The translations under genes and the position numbers were made by a program. Of a stretch of DNA of 64,000 nucleotides, positions 43,794 to 53,700 are shown piece by piece. A model generated the notes under the pieces. It had not been told where the DNA came from, ran no database searches, and worked only from the letters and a program-made list of their open reading frames with translations. The stretch is from Naegleria gruberi (lineage: Eukaryota): NCBI GenBank assembly GCA_000004985.1, contig GG738845.1; one strand, 5' to 3'. Numbering within the stretch: the first letter of the stretch is position 1; every line of letters starts with the position of its first letter.

Positions 43794-45773
43794 TTATCTA
43801 GAAACGCAAAAGGAAATCAAATATTTCAAGTCTGTAAGTACATATTTACATGAACGAGTCCAGTTTGCATCATCTCCAAGTTTAATGGTTTTTCCACCAA
43901 TTTTGTCGTCTTGAATCCTGAAAATGAATGAGTATGATTATGAAAATTGTAAAACTTACTTGTAAGGTAACTCAAAATAGGTATCTTGTTTTTCTGCAAA
44001 AGTGCCTATTTCTTTTAGGCAATGAAGAAAAGCAACCATCGCCTTGTCAAACTTAGATTGCCAAAATAAACCGCCATTACTTCCACCTCCGAATAGATCA
44101 TAACTATTCTTGTTATCTAAAGTTTCAATTCTTGAAAAACTGCCCATTGGAATAATCTTGTATTTTGAAAATGCAAAGTGTTTGTGTTTTGACAAGGAGA
44201 AAAGCAAAAGTGCTGCCTGACCCCATGCAGCATTAATTTCATTCCATTCAACGTTTTGTGTTGGTAATCTTCCTAATCTAAAGTTATTGATTGTTCCGAA
44301 ATGGCCTTCATACCAAATGTGGAATGCATCATTAAAAACATTGGTGCTATTGAGTTTTTCCATTTCCTTTGTGACATGTATGATACGTTGTTGGATAGCC
44401 TCTCGTTCTTCATTATAGAGCAAAAGTTCGTTGTGAAAATCATTGTATTCTTTCCAGTAACTCTCTTGAAGGTTTGTAAATTTATCCTCTTTTTCTGTCT
44501 GGTGCTTTTCACGTAAGCTCAACTCTTCTTCCTCTTTTTGTAAAAGGTCCAACTCCTTACGAAGTAATTTCTCTTCTTCCTCTAGTAAGTCGAGCTCATT
44601 TTGTAAATCTGCTTCATTTTTCATACCAGATGATTCTTCAATTATTTTAGATTTGAAATTGGTATAAATAGCTTCTTCCTCCTTTGTCTTTTCCAATTGT
44701 TGATTCAATTGAGATGATACCTGTTCCATACACTCTATACAAAGTGGAGAATCCAATTGAGTAACATCGGATAAATATTGATACAATTGTTTTACATATT
44801 CTACATTCATTTCGTACTCCTCATTGGATATTACACACTTGTCCAAAAAATCAACATCCTCGTTCAATTGATTCATTCTTTGTTGAAGTTTCATTTGTTG
44901 TTGTTCTTTTTCTAATTGTAATTGTCTTAATTGTTGTTGCTCTTTTTTCTTTGCATTTGGATTGAAGGAAAATCTCTTTTTATCCTGTTGAGTCAATTTT
45001 TGTAATGGATTATTTGGTGTTGTTGGTCTAGGATCTTTTACTGCATCTGTTTTTCTTGGCAATGCAAAGGAAACATTTTTTGAGAGAGAAGACGACAAAA
45101 TTTCAGCACTTGGTTGATCTGAATTGGTTGGTAAATAGCCTGAACTTTCATTTAAAGATGTTAAAGGGCTTGATTCATAAGTTCCCATATATGAGGTAGG
45201 AGTAAAAGAATTATCTGTTGGTTGACCATCACTATTTTCAGATTCTTCGAATGATGACATATTCTGATCATAATTTAAATTATAAAATGATGGATCATAA
45301 ACTTTTAAGAATGCTCGTTTTGGAGGATTTTCTTCATCACCATTTGTCTCGAACATTATTTGAACAACCTGATGTTTACACCTATAACAAACAGCACTGT
45401 GTACAGCCTTTTTATACTTTGGAAAATATAACATTTCTGATAATTGTTGAACATCATCAGCCGACAGTTGAGGTGTTGCTTCCGATGATGAAATTGATTG
45501 TAATAAATTTTGATGATGAGGTGGGAGAGGAGTGTGCTGATAATAATAACTAAGAGCTGTTGTTGCTGCATTGATATTACTAACACCTGATGTTCCATTT
45601 GTTGCTTGTTGACTTGTTGAATTGGAGGATCCTGTTGATGTTGTTGTTGACGATCCAAGAATTGCATTCGAAATGTTATTGGTCAACACCTGTGGTGTGT
45701 TGTTATTCGTTCGTAATGCGGAAAGATTCGGCACTGATCGTGTGGAGGATAGTGAACCCTTGTTTTTTCTCAT
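43794..45773 (-). CDS. ATG6: Beclin-1 / Atg6 / Vps30. Two exons: join(complement 43960..45773, complement 43794..43917).
   Basis: C-terminal BARA domain ...SKFDKAMVAFLHCLKEIGTFAEKQDTYFELPYK matches Beclin (KFDHAMVAFLDCVQQF...FCLPYRM). Coiled-coil domain upstream of it. Long S/T/Q/N-rich N-terminal extension. Track ORF ends at an AA|GTAAGTTT donor. A 42-nt intron ends CATTTTCAG. The terminal exon encodes KIQDDKIGGKTIKLGDDANWTRSCKYVLTDLKYLISFCVSR*, which aligns to the Beclin C-terminal tail. Confidence 0.85.
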
Positions 45774-46069
45774 TTTTTTACAATTTAAATAGAATAAATA
45801 ATAATTAATTGTAAATTTCTCAAGATTATATCATCACTTCCAATAAGAGTGTGTTTAATCAAAATACTACCAATTAATTTTATTGTTGTAATAATGGCAA
45901 TAACAATTTTTTCTTCAATTTACGCCATATTGCCCCTTCCTTCTTACTTTGGATAAGAAAAAATTGTGTGATAAATGTGGGCAACACAAGTCATCAATTA
46001 ATTGACAAAACAAATACATCCACCCTATCATCAAACGGAATTTGGAGAAAAAGAAATATTTTCTCTCCG

Positions 46070-47113
46070 ATGACTACTTCCTCCACTTCTTACCTCCAAA
46101 ATACAACAACACATTCCTCTCTTTTAACTTGTAATAATAGTAGTATTAAATCATCAAATATTTCAAACAATACCGTAATGAATAATAGTGCCTCCTCTTC
46201 TCCAATGATCAATTCACAAGAAATTCAATCATCACAGGAGGAAGAAAATAGGACACCACTAATCAAGCTAAATGTAAAACCAATACCTAAATTATTTACT
46301 GTTTTAAATTATCCTATAATAATTATAATGTCAATTATGAATGTTTTTTATTCATTATTTGTGAATAGTTGGAACTTTTTGCATTCATTATTTTCTCCCC
46401 CACAATCTAAGAAAAAGAAACAAAGAAAATCAAAGGAATATGATAATTCAACTCAAAATAGTTCCACTTCTTCAAATTCCTCCTCGAGCTCTTTACCCCC
46501 ACTGGGGTTCTTGTCTGTTCTGTCAGGTAGGACAAGCCGTTCCAATTCTAATGCTGAAAAACCAACACAACAATCAAAAAAGTTTTTAATTTTGGACTTG
46601 GATGAAACATTAATTCACGCCAGCACTACACCACCAAGAGCTGATCATGAGAGATTGTACAATTATATTTTGGATGTTCAAATAGATCATGTAAATTGTA
46701 CATTTTATGTTTCTGAAAGGCCTCATTTGAAATTATTTATGGAAAAAGTATGTGAATGGTATAATGTTGTAATTTTTACAGCTAGTGTTAAAAATTATGC
46801 AAACCCAGTCATTGATAGATTATACCATTCTGATAAGATTGTAAAACGATTATTTAGATCATCATGTTATGTCACTGAACATGGTGTCTATGTAAAAGAT
46901 TTGAAAACAGTGACTGATGATCTCAGTAAATGTATGATCATCGACAATAGTCCTATATCTTACATGTGGTACCAAGAAAATGCAATTCCAATTTCAAATT
47001 GGATGGGAGATAATGAACGTGACAGAGCTTTGCTAAATTTACTGCCCTTCTTGGAAGCAATGAGACATTTGGAAGATGTAAAATCAATATTATCTTTTAG
47101 AATTGGTTTATAA
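46070..47113 (+). CDS. CTD nuclear-envelope phosphatase (Nem1/Dullard/CTDNEP1-like; FCP1-homology HAD phosphatase)
   Basis: DLDETLIH catalytic DxDx(T/V) motif. FCP1/NIF domain (FYVSERPHLKLFMEKVCEWYNVVIFTASVKNYANPVIDRL...). N-terminal TM helix (YPIIIIMSIMNVFYSLFV). C-terminal ...NERDRALLNLLPFLEAMRHL. N-terminal extension is Ser/Thr/Asn-rich. Start choice is uncertain; the track begins at a GTG at 45968. Confidence 0.75.
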   Translation: MTTSSTSYLQNTTTHSSLLTCNNSSIKSSNISNNTVMNNSASSSPMINSQEIQSSQEEENRTPLIKLNVKPIPKLFTVLNYPIIIIMSIMNVFYSLFVNSWNFLHSLFSPPQSKKKKQRKSKEYDNSTQNSSTSSNSSSSSLPPLGFLSVLSGRTSRSNSNAEKPTQQSKKFLILDLDETLIHASTTPPRADHERLYNYILDVQIDHVNCTFYVSERPHLKLFMEKVCEWYNVVIFTASVKNYANPVIDRLYHSDKIVKRLFRSSCYVTEHGVYVKDLKTVTDDLSKCMIIDNSPISYMWYQENAIPISNWMGDNERDRALLNLLPFLEAMRHLEDVKSILSFRIGL

Positions 47114-47149
47114 AATCAAAATAATCTCCTTTATTCATTTTAGAATTAG

Positions 47150-47515
47150 TTAATTATCTTTTAGATATTCTTCATATTGTTGAGGGGTAATGCATTTTTT
47201 GAATGAAAATGCATGAATTCCTTTCATTTCTTCTTGGAGTTTAGTATTGACAAGTCTTTGCCTTTCCAATAATTTCTTTCCCTCAAATTCAGGGCTTACA
47301 ATAAATACAGAAAATGCTAATTTGCAAGTAATTTAATAAAATTTAATTAAATTTAATAAATACCGCTTCCACACCCTCCACTATTATTTGATTAATGATG
47401 ATAATTAATTTATTTTGAACCTTAAAACATACCTTTGATCTTCCACTTGAACAAAGGTTGCTCCGATTCTTTCTTTTAATAATTCTTCAAGTTTTGATGC
47501 AGTTAATACACTCAT
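47150..47515 (-). CDS. BOLA2: BolA2-like protein (Fe-S cluster assembly factor partner of Grx3/4). Three exons: join(complement 47433..47515, complement 47364..47380, complement 47150..47316). Absent from the ORF track.
   Basis: Spliced product is [88 protein letters not shown] (88 aa). It is collinear with human BOLA2 (...VEVEDTT..CSCSFRVLVVSAKFEGKPLLQRHRLVNACLAEELPHIHAFEQKTLTPDQW). Donors AG|GTATGTTTT and G|GTATTTATT. Introns of 52 and 47 nt. The middle exon is only 17 nt. Start in TTAAAAAATG context. Confidence 0.8.
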
Positions 47516-47693
47516 TTTTTAATGTAACTACCTGACCGAAGCGATGGACTCCATGCCTCTACTATTAATCTTTTTAGTCATTGTTTTTTATTCTATTCAG
47601 TTACTAGTATTAAAAGATGATGAGAAACTGTGAACTTTAAACTCTTATAAACAATACAGAATATGAAGTTTTACAAATTAATCATTTAAAAAA

Positions 47694-48404
47694 ATGGGTG
47701 CTTTTCTTTCTCTTTTCAAAGGTGCAAATTTGACCCAATCAAGAATTTTAATATTAGGTTTGGATAATAGTGGTAAAACCAGTTTACTGATAAAGATGGG
47801 CCTGGTGACTAGTAGTAGTGATAAGAAATCTTCAAAATCCCAAACTGATTTGGATGATGATTTAACGGTGACGCCAACAATTGGCTACAATGTAAAGGAA
47901 TTTTCGTACAAAGGAGTTGTTTTTAATTGTTGGGATTTAGGAGGACAAAAGAACATTAGAAGTCTTTGGAGTAAGTGCTTCAAAATAGTTTCCGTTTTGA
48001 ATTTAATTTATTATTATATTTTCATCATCTGACAATTTAATTTATTTTACTTAATGACATTAATAGAACATTATTATAAAGGATCAAATGGTATTATATA
48101 TATTGTAGATAGCGCAGATCATAATAGATTAAAAGAATCTAAACAAGAATTATTTCATCTATTGGAAGATCCTGATCTGAAGAATGTTCCGGTTTTAATT
48201 TTTGCTAACAAGAGAGACAAGGAAGGTGCTATTTCTGCAACTGAATTGATTGCAAAATTTGAATTGGAAGACTCGTTACAGTTTGTTAATGGAAAACATG
48301 ATTGGTATGTTGAAAGTGTGAGCACAGTCACAGGTGAAGGTATTGAAAGTGGATTGAAATGGCTGGTCTCTAAACTGAAACAAAAACCATCAAAAGATAA
48401 CTAG
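47694..48404 (+). CDS. Arf/Arl-family small GTPase. Two exons: join(47694..47970, 48067..48404).
   Basis: MGAFLSLFKG (N-myristoylation Gly2). P-loop GLDNSGKTS. WDLGGQ. After splicing (TGGA|GTAAGTG ... TAATAG|AA) the sequence continues ...SLWKHYYKGSNGIIYIVDSADHNRL, then NKRD and a C-terminal helix. Carries a roughly 25-aa insertion (MGLVTSSSDKKSSKSQTDLDDDLTV) before the interswitch. The 96-nt intron is the longest clear one in the window. Confidence 0.8.
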
Positions 48405-48600
48405 GATGTATTTTACTTGTACTTTATTCAATAATAATATTCAATACTCTCTTTATTTATTAAGAGCTGAGCTTCTTTTAACTTGTAAATAAATCCAAAT
48501 AATTCTCTTGTTTTTCAAATTCAATTATTTTGCTGATTAAAAAAAATTGCAAATACAAGTTGTTAAAATTTCGTATTTCCATCACAAACAATATAACAAA

Positions 48601-49140
48601 ATGGAGACTCGGGACGTTAGATTAATATTTAATTACACCACCAAAATTGCTAAAAGCTATAACTTGAGACCAGAAATAACAAAATCAAAAGGAATTTCTA
48701 TCAATAGTATACCGTCACTTTTGAATCAATTAAAATCACGAGAGGAAAATGCTTCAGATGCAGAACATTTGGATTACATGAAGACCAGTTTATCTATTTA
48801 TTCATTACCACTCTTTACAGTTCCTGAAATTATGGAAGGAAAACATAAAACCTCATCAACAACAACAACAACTGAAGAGGAGGAAGAAAAACCTGAAGTT
48901 ATTGCAATCACTGATGAAACAAATGATGAGAATATCCAAACAGAAGTTATCTCCGAAGAACAACAAGAACCAGAGGAAACTGTACAACCTGAGGAACCAG
49001 CTGTTGAAGAAAAGAAATCAAAGAAGGATAAAAAGAACAAGAAGGATAAAAAGGAGGATAAGAAAGATAAAAAGAATGATAAACCAAAAGGAATAACAAA
49101 GTTGGAAAAGATGAAAGAAAAGTTACACAAAAAGAAATGA
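48601..49140 (+). CDS. Hypothetical acidic/Lys-rich protein
   Basis: 179 aa from ATG 48601 (METRDVRLIFNYTT...). C-terminal half is poly-E then a KKDKKNKKDKKEDKKDKK tail. I recognise no domain. Confidence 0.45.
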   Translation: METRDVRLIFNYTTKIAKSYNLRPEITKSKGISINSIPSLLNQLKSREENASDAEHLDYMKTSLSIYSLPLFTVPEIMEGKHKTSSTTTTTEEEEEKPEVIAITDETNDENIQTEVISEEQQEPEETVQPEEPAVEEKKSKKDKKNKKDKKEDKKDKKNDKPKGITKLEKMKEKLHKKK

Positions 49141-49189
49141 TCACCTTATTAAATTTATTTATTTTAAAAGATGACAGATACCCTAGATA

Positions 49190-50215
49190 TTATTTCATTA
49201 CAAACTTGTTACAAAACGTTTTTAAAAAGTCATCAAAAGGAACTGTCTTATCTTTCAAAAGAACCTGCACTATTTCACTATCACCCTTCTTTTCCAAATT
49301 TACATTCAACTTAAACTGACCTAGTTGATAGCTGTCATCTGAGCATCTCTTAATGGTTATATTATTATTTCTTAGGGTTTGTTCTATTGGTTTAATACTA
49401 GCAGTAATCAGCTCATCGATTCGGTCATTCTTATTGGATGTGGATGTTTTGGTTTTTAATCCTTCAATTTCCTTCCTCAGCTCTGTTATCTTATTTTCCA
49501 ATATTAATTTAGAGTGCTCATTTTCACATCTTAGCTTTTCGATTTGCTTCTCCAGATTCATTACATAATTCGTCAGATCCTTCACTTGATCTTTTAATTT
49601 TTGATTTTCAACAAGAATATTTGGAAATACTTCATGAATTTTCTCCTTCAACGTATTCATTAGGAGTAAATGTTCCTTGTTTGTTGAATAAAGAGATTGT
49701 GAAAGAGTAAGATTATTCTTCTGAAGTTGTTCGATTTTATCTTTCATCTGTTCCATTTCTTTCTCTGCTGAGCCAGTCTTGAGTACATTTTGCATCTCAT
49801 CCCAAGAAAGAGCCGAGCTATCTATCGATGTTGATGACTGAGACATGTCAGAGTAACGGTTTGATGAAGTTGTTGTCATTAATAATTTTTGTAAATTGTC
49901 TTTTCTTGTTGAAGAGTGTCCACTGATGGAACTAAATCTACTCGAATTACTTTCGTTACTGACTGTTGATTTTGTATCGTCAAGATCCTCTCCGAATGCT
50001 GAGTTATTGTTGCTGCTACTACTGCCTGTATTTACTAAATCACTCGAGTTTAAATTATGATGAAAATTATTTAGATGATTATTTGTATTATTCGAAGGAC
50101 TATAGGTTTTTAATGATGATGATATGAGGTTTCCATTGGTTTGAATTGAAGTGTTATTGCTTGGTTGATTCGACAAATCCGAAAGCCAACTGAGACCTCT
50201 TTGGTTTGTATTCAT
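49190..50215 (-). CDS. Coiled-coil protein with Ser/Asn-rich N-terminus
   Basis: Likely start MNTNQRGLSW at 50215 (GGGAAAAAATG). The track extends the ORF to 50296 across the tRNA gene, which is an artefact. Long heptad region. C-terminal about 60 aa are globular (KRCSDDSYQLGQFKLNVNLEKKGDSEIVQVLLKDKTVPFDDFLKTF). Confidence 0.5.
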   Translation of the reverse strand: MNTNQRGLSWLSDLSNQPSNNTSIQTNGNLISSSLKTYSPSNNTNNHLNNFHHNLNSSDLVNTGSSSSNNNSAFGEDLDDTKSTVSNESNSSRFSSISGHSSTRKDNLQKLLMTTTSSNRYSDMSQSSTSIDSSALSWDEMQNVLKTGSAEKEMEQMKDKIEQLQKNNLTLSQSLYSTNKEHLLLMNTLKEKIHEVFPNILVENQKLKDQVKDLTNYVMNLEKQIEKLRCENEHSKLILENKITELRKEIEGLKTKTSTSNKNDRIDELITASIKPIEQTLRNNNITIKRCSDDSYQLGQFKLNVNLEKKGDSEIVQVLLKDKTVPFDDFLKTFCNKFVMK

Positions 50216-50272
50216 TTTTTCCCGCTTTAATTGACTACAAACAGCAAAAAAATAATAATTTATTTGATTTTT

Positions 50273-50282
50273 TACATAAAAA
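50273..50282 (-). terminator. Pol III terminator T-run downstream of tRNA-Lys
   Basis: Minus-strand GGTTTTTTATG begins 5 nt after the tRNA 3' end. Confidence 0.6.
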
Positions 50283-50287
50283 ACCAA

Positions 50288-50360
50288 TCGCCCCACGTGG
50301 GGCTCGAACCCACGACCGTTGGATTAAAAGTCCAACGCTCTACCGACTGAGCTAGCGGGG
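50288..50360 (-). tRNA. tRNA-Lys (anticodon UUU), 73 nt
   Basis: Minus-strand sequence GCCCCGCTAGCTCAGTCGGTAGAGCGTTGGACTTTTAATCCAACGGTCGTGGGTTCGAGCCCCACGTGGGGCG folds as a canonical cloverleaf with a 7-bp acceptor stem (one G-U). A box TAGCTCAGTCGG. Anticodon loop CTTTTAA. B box GGTTCGAGCCC. No CCA encoded. A T6 run follows 5 nt downstream (Pol III terminator). Confidence 0.9.
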
Positions 50361-50447
50361 CTGCTCGTAAACTAATTATAATAATCCGTATTATATTGGA
50401 ACACAATAAATTTTTCGCTAGTGGTTTTTACATCAATCTCTGGTTAA

Positions 50448-50495
50448 TTTTCTGATTGACGTGTGAAATGTAATGGTACCTCGTCAATCAGAAAA
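50448..50495. repeat. Perfect 14-bp inverted repeat (TTTTCTGATTGACG, 20-nt spacer, CGTCAATCAGAAAA) in the spacer between IRE1's 3' end and the tRNA-Lys 5' flank
   Basis: Read directly from the sequence. Forms a 14-bp stem with a 20-nt loop on either strand. Confidence 0.8.
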
Positions 50496-50713
50496 CAGCA
50501 AACTGTAATGACTTTACAATTTTTTGCATTTCCGAAGAGAGGAAGTATCAATAAAAAACACTTTGACATTTTATTCTGGAAATGAAACTCTAATATTGGA
50601 AGTAAATTACAATAAATTTGAATGATGATGACGTGTTAATGTGCTTGTTGGGAAACATTGTTTCTCATGTGTTGCTGTACCAGTTTGCAAGCAACACAAT
50701 AAAAATTATCACT

Positions 50714-53700
50714 TTAATAGAAATACTTTTTGTATTGAAGTCTATCAGACCAGTGTGTCTTAACCAACTCATATACAGCAGGGAATAAGTTGGGGAACTC
50801 CAAATCAAAGTAAACAAAAATACCGTCTGGCAGCTTGTCACATCCACATTTCAATATTTTGGTAGTTTGAAGTTGATATTCTCTGTAGTGTGACTTTAAA
50901 TTTCTGATACATCTTAGCACGTCCCACACTCTTGTGTAATCGTATTTTCTTACAGATTTAATTTGTTGATAGACACCATCATCAATTTGGGTTTCCCATG
51001 TCTTGTTACCGTTGAATATCTTTTCAGCTGCATTTTGAAGCTCCTTATAAACAATATTCTCTGGTTCTTTGCCCAATTGATCACTTACATCACTAAGGAA
51101 GTGTAACTTCATGCTATAATCCCAAAATAAGCATTGTTTTAATAACTGAGAGGCACTGATACGTTTAGTGGGATCTGCAACTATTAGTTCTTCATAAATT
51201 AGTTTCATTACAGATGTGTCAATTCTGTGGAAATGTTTTTTTCTCTTTCGTTGATTTTGTTTGGATTGATTGCTAATTTCATCAATAAGGGCTACTGGTT
51301 TGTTATTCAAAATATTCCATTCTCTTTCAGATCGTCTTCCATATGGATGCTTACCTGTGAGCACAAAGAAAATTATGCACCCAAGAGCAAAAACATCTAC
51401 AGCTTTGGTCATTCTATTTTGGAGAATAGAGGCATTATTACCATTTGAGTTGGCAGGTACTATGGCCGGATTTTCGTTTGGTTGAGTCTGGGTAGGGTTT
51501 TCTCCATTTTCGATCTGTTGTAGAGTTTGTTCAATGTGAAGCAATATTTCAGGAGCTTGCCACCCAATAGTACCAACAATAGCAGCATTCTTATTTTTCC
51601 CACCATTATCTTCACCTGCTCCTTCACTACTGCTGCTGCCACTATTTCCATGCCGAGTGTTAATAATGCTCGATAGTTCGTAGAATGAGCTTTGATATTG
51701 CTCCAATCTTTTACCTAAGCCCATATCGCTGAGTTTTACATTTCCTTCTTCGTCAAGTAAAATGTTAGCAGGCTTTAAATCTCTATGCACAATTCCCAGT
51801 TGGTGAATATGGTCAATAGCCATGACTAATTGTTTGAGAATTCTTTGTCTTTCTGGATAGCTCAAATCAGGATGTTGTTGAAGGTATTGTTCCATAGTTC
51901 CTCCTGTACAAAGCTCCAAAGCCAGATAAATAAACTGTTCATCCTCTTCTTGGGCATAGTATCTTACAATATTGGTGTGACTGTCACTCTCTATGAGTAA
52001 TGAAATTTCTTTTTGTGCAAATTTAACAAAGTCTTTTAACATTCTCTTAACAGCTACTTTTCTTACTATAAATGCTTCATTAATCTTGTACTTTAAAACA
52101 CCGTTGTAAACTATTGTACCATTACTGCCATAACCTAGAATTTCGTTATAAAACAGTGTGATATTTCCAATTGTGTATTCATTGGTGTTGGTTGAAGTAG
52201 TAGTGGTAACTCCTACAGTTGATGCACTAGAGGTGTCAGGTGTTTTGGCTGTATCTGGAGTGGATGATTCACCAGTCTTTTCTGCTGTTTCTTTTAATTC
52301 TCTTTCTTTTCGTCTCTTTCTTCTGGCCTCTCTTTTTTGTATAAAGATAACTATTGCTATGGTTGTTAGTGAGAGTACAGCAATCAAGCTTACACTAATG
52401 AAGGTTACAGTAAACTTTTCACTAAAGTTTTGATCAAACTCATTGTTTGATTCATCATCTTGACTCAAAATATAATAGTACTGGTCATCTTTTTGAACAA
52501 TATTTGGATGTATGTCATCTTGATTTTCGATAATTAGTGTATAATTTTCCACAGTTTGATCCACATTATTCACAGATATGCTTGTGCTATTTTCTTCTTG
52601 TGATATTTCATTTGTTTCCCAAACCTTATTGTCAATTAAAAGATTATTTTTTGTTGGTTTTTCTTCGGCATTAATGGTACTCTTTCCCTTTGATGGAACA
52701 GATTCATATGGCAACATTAAAATAGAATCTTCTTTGGAGTGGTCTAATTGCAAGGTGTTATGATGTTTGGATGGTACCACCACAAGAGGAAGATGTTTTG
52801 GTAGTTCAAGTGCATAGAATGAATCTATTAACTTGTTGTGTTTGATGTGAATGGTTTGCTCTTGTTGTTGTGGATCTAGTACAGAAATGGATAATTCTTG
52901 AATGGGCATCAAAACCTTTCGGAAAATAGATTCATCTCTATACTTGGCAGAACTTGGTTCAGAAAAAATACGGTGGGCAACATTTAATTGTCTAAAGACA
53001 GACATTGGTTGAGATTCAAATGAGAGGGATATTGCTTGTCTAGCATCTTTGGCCCCTTTTCTTTTGAATAAATATAGATGATTGTCGATTGTTGATAGGG
53101 CTCCTAACCTGTCCTCATAATTTTCTTGATAGAGTGGATAAATTTCAGAATAGGTAAAATTCCATTTTGTTAAAGACTTGTCATGTGCATCCATTGATTT
53201 AACATGATAATTAACTCTTACTATAGTAATAATATCCTCAGAGTGATTGCTTGGATCCTCTACAACAGTACCAGATTTACTATCTACAAGATAAATCTCA
53301 TTACTTTTAGAACTAGTATACAGAGTTCCATCATTTCCATAAAATGGACTTCTATTCACCAATTCATTTACAGTCATTGGTAGTTTTTGAATGCCATCAC
53401 CCTTTTTATACACATACATATTCCCATTAATAGATGGTATTACCTGAATGTCACTATATTGTTTAGATGTTCTTATCAGAGGTCCACCAAGTTTATCACA
53501 AATCCACAACGTTTGATAGGATTGTTGATCTATAGCATGTACGTTTCCATTCAGTGTTGTTACTAAAAATGATGAATGTTTATGTGACAAAAAGTCATCC
53601 TTATAAATTAATGATAGATTTCTAGATGTTTCTCGCTTGCTTGGCTTTTTTTTAATTGTTTGATTCCGAGTAATTGGAAGTAATTTTGTTTCTCGTGAGT

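Noticed and set aside
50215-50296. Track ORF 49190..50296 extends the N-terminus across the tRNA gene (MGRLVFYVKNQINYYFFAVCSQLKREK...)
   Set aside because: The extension is the reverse complement of tRNA-Lys. The real start is the ATG at 50215 in GGGAAAAAATG context.
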